DNA of 64,000 nucleotides from contig MU006096.1 of NCBI GenBank assembly GCA_010093705.1, positions 518,004-582,003 on the forward strand, in the 5' to 3' direction. The notes beneath the pieces were generated by a model, which saw nothing but the letters and a program-made list of their open reading frames with translations, made no database searches and was not told the origin of the DNA. Positions 25,150 to 34,042 of this stretch are shown one piece after another. A program made the position numbers and the translations under genes. The DNA is from Patellaria atrata CBS 101060. Lineage: Eukaryota. The stretch's first letter is position 1; every line of letters starts with the position of its first letter.

Positions 25150-25955
25150 AACCACACGTTTGCTTTCATTTCATTATTAGCTACAATTTGAGGACTGCTT
25201 TGAATGCGGATAACCCAAAGCTAATGCCTTGCTATTTGGTAACCCTATCGAAGTACCTTTACCCAGGCGTATCTACAACTTGATAGATTAATTGGGTGGC
25301 CCATCATCGGAGGGAAAAGTGGCCTGTTCAAGCCGCACTTTTGACCCACGTTGTTCTCTATTTCAAATCGCTTTTGAACCTCAAGCATCATTTTCTAACA
25401 GTAACTCAAACTCACTTTTTGTAAGATTCAAGTACATTGTTCCCATAGGGTCACTCAGGGCTGTCCTTCCGGCGTAGTCCTTGGTCTCTATTCAGCGTTG
25501 TCGTTCCCACTCCGCTTGGTCCTTGGTGTGGTGTCACCGGGCCGGTTGTCAGGGGCAACCGGGGCCTTAGACACCACACTTCTTTAATATACCTTATCCT
25601 CATTCTTCTTCTTTACATATTCTTCTTTTCTTTTTCAATATGCATTTATCCTTTCCCTTGAAATCCAGTTTTCTTGACAGCAAATCTTCTTCCCGAGCTT
25701 CGCCATACACTCAAGCAGTTAAGTACTTCAAGCAATTTTTTCCAAAAGTTCAGGCTTACGACTTGACCCGCGTGGGCTCAACGACTGAGAGTTATGAGCG
25801 CTAGCTACCATACTCTCGCTGTAAATTCCACAAACGTCATCTTTGATTTAGATTTATTATTTAGATTTATGCACCATTGGTCGAAAGACCGGGACCTGGG
25901 TGCCTTGTGCATTGGCCCAGGTGAAGACGGGTGGGTCCGTCTTCCCTTTTTTTTT
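25150..25955 (+). ncRNA. Candidate telomerase RNA (TER); 5' end approximate
   Basis: Template-like TAACCCTA at 25240-25247; enclosing helices 25188-25198/25474-25484 and 25208-25216/25458-25466; pseudoknot candidate 25370-25431; P6-like 25874-25899 and P6.1-like GTGC-CTTGT-GCAT 25900-25912; terminal hairpin 25923-25944; T9 tract directly followed by GTAAGT, then a branch site with no nearby AG. No long ORF. Confidence 0.6.
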
Positions 25956-26784
25956 GTAAGTCTTGACCCCTTTCACACATTGAAGGCCGGCTAACTTTTC
26001 AACACACATGACGCTTCTATGGACGGATGTACTTTGCTTGACAGTTATTGTGGTGGGAACTGGAACTTAGTTAGAGTAGATAGAGAAATCAAAGCTTTGG
26101 ATGAAATAGCGTCTTCTATACTTTCATACAATTCTCTTTTTCGTGATAAAACAACGTTGCTTGGTGTTGAGGTTGGCATGGTTGGGTTGAGGTCTGAACA
26201 GAGTCACGACTAGTTTAGATCTAACCGATATGGTGTGCGATGCTTATTAATAAGGGCAACCTTCTATCTACCTTTCAGGTTATATTCACCTTTCCACCTA
26301 TCCACTTGCAAATGTATGCTTTCGTTCCAATGATAATAAGGAGTTTCCAAGCTCAGTTCAATCAGTACTAATGTTCTGAGTTTCCTTAACATACCACTTC
26401 CTTCCTTACCGCGATTTTCTTAGAACTGGTTCGACCGCCGCTTCCTGTCATCCTTTTCATGAAACAACTATTTTAATAACTTTACAAGCCAGGAGAAAAC
26501 TTTTGAACTAGAACTTTGATGCAGAATCCGATGATTTTGTGTTCTTTAGCAAGCGCTATAACAAGCCCTTTAATATCACCACCGAAACCGATTAATTAAC
26601 CATACTTTATTTGACTTGGCACATGCAAATTCCCGTGAAAGAGCCAGGTATACACAACTTAAGACAACGTAGATCAGATCATTACGTCGTCCTTTAAAAC
26701 TACGCATTCGCCATGGGAGATTTCAATTGCTGTAATAATAGTATTGCAATGGAAACGGCTTTTGATGTAACCTAGGATATAGCC

Positions 26785-28327
26785 ATGATGTTGTTCCCTT
26801 CTTGTCGCATACTCATTTCCCTTCTCACTTTCTTTTTGATACGACAAGCGCATTCGAAACCGACTACTTCAAGTCATTTTGAATGGCTCCAAAGATGCCT
26901 CGCACGCACCCAACTCTCCTTCTCTACAAATAGCACGGGCGTCTGCTCTCGGCCATGTGGTTTGATTCCATTTACAGACTATCTTCCCTGGACCCACCAG
27001 CCCGTGTGCGTCAAAGCACGTAGCGAGGAAGATCAACGGGAACATAGCTTTTGTCTGTATACGAACGCAGACTTTCGAGATGGACGCGGATTTAGCATCA
27101 TCACCACGGCTGATGTTGGCACTTATATTTCTGAACAACCTATCATGTGGGATCGGGAGAGGTGGCGCAAGAAGACTATAACCTTTAAGGACCAGCCGTA
27201 CAAGATGGAGGATATGGCTGAAAGAGGACTCGGACTTCGCGCCAACCAGACTATTACTTACGGTCGGGTCTTCATGGAAAGTTCACCGACAATCGTCGTA
27301 ATTCGGTCCGCCTTGGATTTTATGACGAGGGAGCAGCGCCACTATATGTTCAGGCGTGCAATCAAGCAACTTCCAGTGAAGACGGGAAATATGATTCTCA
27401 AGTTAGCAAAAAGTATGGGAGGTGATGAGCTCGACGATGTGTTCAAGACGAACGGAATTGGACAAATCTACGGGGAAGATATCAGGCATCTTTCAATACT
27501 GCCAGAGGTAGCTGTACGCAATCATCATATTCTTTTGCTTTTATGATGTTCTGAACCATCTACTAATCGGTTGTATCAGCGGATCAATCACGATTGTCGT
27601 CCAAAGTAAGAGTCCCACTCATCCAGTTCTTCTAAATACTTACTGAAAACATGTAGCTCTGCATATCGCTTCGATGACACGACGCTTAAGCACGAAGTCT
27701 TCGCTATCCGTGACATCAAACCCGGCGAAGAAATAACGGTAACTTGTATGATTCCCCATAGATCCATTCGCCTTCCCCCTCTAATTTTGACCAGACGTTC
27801 CTCCCGAAATGCCTTCCGATATGCGCAACTCCTTACTTCGCAACCAATGGAACTTTGATTGCACTTGCTCCCTCTGTGCCGCCCAGGACTTCACCCTCGC
27901 AACCTCTGACACCCGTCTTCGCACAATCCAAGAATACGCCTCGGACCTTGCTTCCGTATCCAATGACCCCGAACTGTTTCTCGAAAAGGTAGAAAGAATT
28001 CTGGAACTATACGAGTTGGAGGATATTATCGCGCCAAAAGCAAGGTATCTGGAGCTCGCGGCATATGCGTGCAGTCAATTGGGCTTGGAGGCGGCGACGA
28101 AGAAATATGCGAAGAAAGCTTATGATATGTGGGATGTCATTGCCGGAAAGGATAGTTGGGAAAAAAAGGGTATGGGGGCGTTGTTGAGGGATCCAAAGGC
28201 GCATCCTAGCTGGAAGTATGGTCAGGGTGAAAAACAAAATGAGAGTGCTTCTGAAGACCCAACCGAGTTAGGGAACGGGAATGCTTCTGAGCTATTTAGT
28301 GAAGTTCTCGAGCCGACAAAGGAGTGA
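26785..28327 (+). CDS. SET-domain (Set5/SMYD-like) protein with N-terminal signal peptide, 3 introns
   Basis: RGLGLRAN (SET-N); spliced EVA|RINHDCRPN|SAYRFD...FAIRDIKPGEEITVT|Y; post-SET WNFDCTCSLC; TPR-like helical tail; hydrophobic leader MMLFPSCRILISLLTFFLIRQAHS. Confidence 0.88.
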
Positions 28328-28666
28328 GGTCGAGAATGAATCGGCAAGAATTAAAGTAAGAATCGTCCCCATATCAAAACAATATCATTGTCAGAGTTGA
28401 AAAATATTCATGACTTGAGGAGTAGGAGGACGAGATATTTTATTATCCATTCCAATTCAAACCAGTTCCCTCCCGCTCTGACATACAATGAAGATGATGT
28501 TACAATATCCATATTAGTCAAGAAGTCCTTCGCTACGCTTCCCTTATACAACGAGAACGCAACGTTTTGTCGAAATCCAGTTCTAATGTGTTGATCGTCT
28601 CGCGCAATAGAGAGATATTTCCAATCCTAGAAGCGTATGTTGTCAAGGTGTGCTCCGAATGCCCAC

Positions 28667-29645
28667 TTACTTCCTCTCCCTCACAAGCTTCAACAACTTC
28701 CACACAACCTCGTCCTCGTAGTCGTCCAAGCATCCATCCACATGCTCGTCTTTCCAACCATCCTATATGAAGTCAGCTCAGTCTCACCCCTATCATGCAA
28801 CCAGTTACCTCAATAAACAAAACTCCCATTCCAGCAATCTTCCACGCATTTACAGTCTTCTCCATATCCAATTTCTTCAATCCCTCCTCAACCTCCTTCC
28901 TCTGCGCATGCGTCACTTTCCCCTCCTCATCCTCCTGCAACCCCCAACGACTCTTCCTCCCTTCCACGCCCTTACTCCCACCCCCAGAAACAAACAATCC
29001 CCCCTCAACGCCCTCATCCCACCACCTCCATAGCTCCCTCACCTCCCTCGTCCTTTCGGCAAGTTTCTCACCTAACTCCTGTCCCCCGTTCGGCTGGGTC
29101 AGTGTATACCGCGCCGTCATGGCCCCGGCAGCCATCCCCAACGATCCCCACGCATCCGCCCACTCCTTCCCGAACGCAGCCGCCTGTGTCACGGCGAGCA
29201 CGGCCATGTCTTCGCCGAAGAGGTTGCCGCTTCGTAGCGCCTGGCTCGTTCGCGCCCGCAGCTTCAAGACGTGCAGCCAGGCATCCAGATACCCCAGCGT
29301 AAGCGCCAGGACCGGAGCGGGGAAGAGGGTGGTGAGGGAGGACGGGAGAGAGGAGTTAGGACTGCATTCGAGGTGCGTGAGGAGGGCCAGGAAGAGGCGC
29401 TGGGTTTCGGTTGCTGCGGAGTGAGATGGAGTCGTTGTTGGCTTGCTCGCTGTGGGTTTGCTCTCTGCTGCTGTGGTGGTGTTTGGTTTCTTCGCTAGGG
29501 AGTGGGTGGGCTGTGGAGCCGCTTTTGCGGCGCGGACTGCGTTTGGTGTGGGCTTTGGCTTCTGTGTTGATGCGAAGGGTGGTTGGTAGTTTCGCAAGTT
29601 GGGGAAACTGAGGGGATGGACTCTGAATGTTGCGGCGAATGGCAT
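28667..29645 (-). CDS. Hypothetical protein with a putative C-terminal ET (extra-terminal/BET) domain, 1 intron
   Basis: Long ORF from MPFAATFRVHP. A 46-nt intron at 28808-28763 (GTAACT...GCTGAC...TAG) joins a last exon, giving KVTHAQRKEVEEGLKKLDMEKTVNAWKIAGMGVLFIEDGWKDEHVDGCLDDYEDEVVWKLLKLVRERK*. Confidence 0.65.
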
Positions 29646-30689
29646 GGTGGCGGGAATGGTGTTTAGGTTGAAGCTTTGAGCTTGGTGTTGCTTGTATGCG
29701 GGTGTTGGTCTGGGTAGATGAGTTGTGAGAAGCGGGTGCGTGGACTTTGATGGGGTTGGGGCTGGTTTGAAAAGGTGCGGAGATGTGGGCGTGTCAATAT
29801 TGCGGCTGCGACGGGCGGTTCTTATCGATATAACGCTCTTCCATTGTTTCGATGTTTTAGGGGTTTGTGATTGAGTTTCTTCACACAAACACCGTAACCA
29901 CATTATTAAGGACTTCGGGAATCGCCATCAGGCGGGACCTGACTTCAAGGCTTGATTGTATCATAGTTAATCTAAATAAAATATCTAGGAAATATGTCAT
30001 ATAAAGAACATAGTTTTCGTATCTACTGTGATATTCGTCCCATTTATACCGAAAAGGGGAATCTGATAACCATTCTCTTTTAGATTTCGTAAGCAACAAC
30101 TCCATCCACTCAAGTCACAATCCCGGGTCAAGTGACATAGCAATCTCAATGTGTAGTTTGACTATCTCAGCTTTGTCTCAATGCCAGCATACCATTGACC
30201 AGACGTTCCAGAACCCGTAAAGGGGAGTACCACATAGTAGAAGGCGTATTTACTAAAAATATTTTTGAAGTTATATTAGTTTCATTCTTTTTTCATTGGT
30301 GCACCCTTTGGTGTGTGGTGATTTGGGATTAGGATGGGCCAGAGAGAAGCGGAGAGGACTCAGTTTTAATAGAAAGTGTGTAACTATAGTACATAGTCGC
30401 CGAGTATTGTAACAAATCAAGATGAGTTTACAACTAGAAAGTGGCCTGTGAACCGCTGCATCTCCAACCACCCCTTATCACCTTAAAGAAGATAAGGCGC
30501 ATGTCCGATTTAGGAATATAGGTCTGCACTATATATTCAACTGAAAAAAATAAAAAAAACACTCAATGACAGCATGGGTAATAGCTAGGAATTTCATTTG
30601 TCACTAGTCAATCCCCCATCGGTATAAGGTTGACGGTTCGAGTCACGTCAACGCAATGTTGCCAGATGTATCACATGTATTCTTAGATA

Positions 30690-30752
30690 TTTGATATCTG
30701 ATTTTTGATTTTTGATTTTTTGATTTTTTGATTTTTTCTTGATTCTTTTTTG
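30690..30752. repeat. (GATTTTT/GATTTTTT)n simple repeat
   Basis: About five to six successive GAT(T)n units visible directly. Confidence 0.8.
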
Positions 30753-31493
30753 TTTTTGCCATTGTTACCTGCGATATACCCTGTCTCATATTACAATCTC
30801 TCCTTTGATCTATCATGCTTAGCATTACCACACTGATCATGTTCCTTGAGAGACGGCTTTTTTCTGCTTTGACGTGGTCCAAAAAGAGTGCTTCAACTGC
30901 GACGACGGTTAAGTGGAGTAGGAAACACCTTCTTCGATAAGCAAAGGTTAAGGGACATAAGGGAAGAAAAAGGAGAAGGGTGACTCTGACGCGTTAAGTT
31001 TAAAAAAAAACACGGTTTTACTTCTCGACTTATGTTTTGTAGGCGCTGATACTCTGAATGGTTCATCTTTTTCAAAATCATATCCACAGGAGAGGTTGAT
31101 GACAAAGTAGAGAAGGATCCCTTGACGAGGGACGCAAGTTTATAGAGGTATTTACCCAAGAGTGTATGGTGAGAGGGTGAAAAAAAAGCATCTCACTTAG
31201 CCATGAAGATGCTTAACGAAAGGCGCGAGTTGCGGCTCTTGAGTTCCTGAATATGCTTCCCCGTAAGGACTTTCTGCAAGATTATATCCCGTCATCTCAC
31301 CATATAGGCAAATCTTGAGGGCGTAGCTCCCCGTATTAGGGCATTCTACTATCTATTGCCTCATATATCATCCACGAGCTGTGTGGTATTCAAGCTCCTC
31401 AGATTCCGGGTCAACTTCATCCTACACCTGAATGATGATGTTCTCGCGTCTTCCTAACCCCAGAATCGATCTCAGTTATTCTTCTCCGTGGTA

Positions 31494-31550
31494 CTTCTCG
31501 GTTCTCCTTCTCGGTTGTCCTTCTCGGTTGTCCTTCTCAGTTGTCCTTCT
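31494..31550. repeat. 13-bp minisatellite (cttctcggttgtc) x4.4 overlapping the protease stop codon
   Basis: Units start at 31494, 31507, 31520 and 31533; the fourth has a G>A change. Confidence 0.85.
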
Positions 31551-33336
31551 TCAAATGTGCATCATGGCCTTCCACAACCTCACGCGAGGTTTCGCGTACT
31601 TGGCCTTCATTATTAACATCCATAACAGCCATCTCCTGAGTAGGCGGCATGTCTCCCGGCAGCTCCTGTGGCATAAGTGGTGACGAGGGTAGTTCTTGTG
31701 CTTGACCAGGCGATGGTGGTAACTCGTGTGCCATGCGAGGTGATTGTGGCATCTCCGCTGTAACCTGATGCGCTTCTCCTGGAGCTTCTATCAATTGGTT
31801 CTTCAGCTCTTTCGCTTCTAACTCGGGTTTTGAGACCTCTCCATCCTCGATCCCTCTTCGATCCTTTCTATATTTACGGCGCGCAAAAAATGTCACTAGT
31901 AGAAGAAGGATCACCACACCGCCCACTATTCCAACAGAAAGCCCTGCGATGGCCCCACGACTGAAGGTAGGACTAGAATCATTCTCGCTTCCCACTCCTT
32001 CAGGTGCTTGCATCCATGCTCCTGCGTTATCTGAGTGATCTCTGAATACAGCATCGGATATTGGACGGATATCGGATTGTTCGCTCCCAAATCGCGCCGC
32101 TGCAAGGAAAATACGAGAGTTTGCATGTCGATGGTCAAATGACATATAGATGTTCCGTAAGATATTGGCTCCCAGATATACGTTCCCGTTAACATGCTGT
32201 CCAAAAGCGAAGAATGCATTCGGTGGTAAAATTTCAATGAAACATCGCGCTTCTCCATGATCATTAATGCCGTCCGGATGTATGAGCTCGCTCACTGGAA
32301 TTCTGAGTGACACTCCACCTCGTATGTAAACTACCAGACTCTGATTATAATTGACATTGTCACAATTAGTCGTGTGGAAAGCGTCATTTTCGCCATCGGA
32401 AGCGACATTTACATGAACCCGAAAATCCCCGCCCGCTATCGATAGGGAGGAGTATGGTTCTGCAGGCTGTAGTAACGCTTCAATATTAGAGCCCACCCCG
32501 ATACTGTCATTAACATGTATGCTGAACCCATTATCACCACCTTCAAGACGAACATCTTCTATGCTTATCATATTTCTGCACTGGGGCCCGCAGCTATTTG
32601 ACCCTAGGGCCTCTCTAGTAGGTAGAGCGTGCAGTTGACCAGAAAATTTATCGGTATCAATACCTCCGAAAAGAATTGATCCGACGGATGTATTATGGTA
32701 ATTCAGCCATATGCTATACGAAGCTGTGCTCAATATTCCAGAATCAACAATGCCGCCCAATATGCTGAGTGGCCTAGGTCCAGTTAATTCGTCATATGTA
32801 GCCCAATCGGTAGAGTTAATTGCTTCTCTTGGAGAGAGGCCTATTTTTCCCATTCGAGTAGTCCAATTGCTTAACTTTACCCCTGACGTATCATAATACG
32901 CTGGGGTCTGTTGTCGCAACGTTTGGTTATATAGTCTGACGCCTCCGATAGAAACCGTTTCAGAACCGAAATCACATGTTGGATCCCAAGTTGGAGGAGA
33001 GGGGAGAACGTGCTCGGCTGTTAAAGAAGAGCGGCTATCATACAATCCCCAAGAACACATATGCTGACTATATTCCTCAGTACAACTCCAGGAGTCCGAA
33101 TTATCTGTGCTCGGCTTATTTACAAGGATATCTTCGGAGCCCAAGTCGAGTTTCAAGCTAAGCTCTTGGGCTGGCGTCCCGATGCTAACGTTGATGTACG
33201 CGGTTCCTTCTTCTGTGTATTTGATAGGAACTTCGAAGGGTCCAGAAGAACAGGCAGTGGGAGCATAGAGAAAGAAAATCAGAAATATAAGATTTATGTT
33301 GAATGTCCACTTGGAGTGGAACCCGTTTAAAACCAT
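31537..33336 (-). CDS. Type I membrane pepsin/yapsin-like (A1) protein with degenerate catalytic motifs
   Basis: Signal peptide; YINVSIGTPAQELSLKLDLGS, YSIWL, GSILFGGIDTDKFSGQL and YLGANILRNIYMSFD are yapsin-like; TM helix GAIAGLSVGIVGGVVILLLLVTFF; cytosolic 10-aa ELP repeats. Confidence 0.85.
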   Translation of the reverse strand: MVLNGFHSKWTFNINLIFLIFFLYAPTACSSGPFEVPIKYTEEGTAYINVSIGTPAQELSLKLDLGSEDILVNKPSTDNSDSWSCTEEYSQHMCSWGLYDSRSSLTAEHVLPSPPTWDPTCDFGSETVSIGGVRLYNQTLRQQTPAYYDTSGVKLSNWTTRMGKIGLSPREAINSTDWATYDELTGPRPLSILGGIVDSGILSTASYSIWLNYHNTSVGSILFGGIDTDKFSGQLHALPTREALGSNSCGPQCRNMISIEDVRLEGGDNGFSIHVNDSIGVGSNIEALLQPAEPYSSLSIAGGDFRVHVNVASDGENDAFHTTNCDNVNYNQSLVVYIRGGVSLRIPVSELIHPDGINDHGEARCFIEILPPNAFFAFGQHVNGNVYLGANILRNIYMSFDHRHANSRIFLAAARFGSEQSDIRPISDAVFRDHSDNAGAWMQAPEGVGSENDSSPTFSRGAIAGLSVGIVGGVVILLLLVTFFARRKYRKDRRGIEDGEVSKPELEAKELKNQLIEAPGEAHQVTAEMPQSPRMAHELPPSPGQAQELPSSPLMPQELPGDMPPTQEMAVMDVNNEGQVRETSREVVEGHDAHLKKDN

Positions 33337-34042
33337 GATGGAATATTTTAGTAATAAAAGAGCCGACGAGTGCCGTCAGGGTTAGCACCTAGCGATGTGA
33401 ATTAGAATTTTCGAGAATTGAAAGAGAGTGATCCCTATACAATGATAGATTAGCAGACTGCAAGAGCTATTCATAATGTATACGCTTCGTCCCACATCAA
33501 TCAACAAATGTACCACGACGATTGAAGCTTTGATGAAAGCCAACATGATCCAATGCAGCTCGGCATTTGCATTTCAGTAGGGTGTGATGCGACAAGAATG
33601 CGTCGATGGCAGTGTATGCGTTGCATTTTGATACTACAATACTCTTTTCGAGTGAACGTTTTGTGAGCTGAGTGGTCAAGTTGTGTCAAGGATCTCAATT
33701 TGAGCAACCTTTCTCTGTTGTTGCATGCTACAAATCGTTCAAAAAGTTGGTATGAGGGTTACACCTCAACAACGGAAAGAAAATGTAGGCGAAAGGGACC
33801 AGAGACTCGGGACCTTCTATATTGCTGATAAGTGGGTTAGCCCTTACCCATGACGTGCTGGTGCGCTGTCTACGAATAAGGGTCTTGTTCAGGTCGTGCA
33901 CGGTTTCAGACCGTGCACAGTCGCCCCCCCAAAAATCGCACCCCATAGAGTGATTTTGAAAATGATGCAACTCGCTCTATATTGGATATATCTATACTAA
34001 ATTTTATGATGTTGTGAATAAGAAGCTGTACTTTCCGTCTAT

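Noticed and set aside
25760..25955. Structured region as an snRNA, SRP RNA or RNase P/MRP RNA
   Set aside because: I found no U1/U2/U4/U5/U6 signature, no SRP helix-8 motif and no P4 motifs. The TER interpretation explains more elements.
30560..30660. B-box-like GGTTCGAGTC inside a GTTGACG/CGTCAAC hairpin; possible tRNA
   Set aside because: No acceptor stem, D-arm or anticodon arm could be built. At most a tRNA-derived relic.
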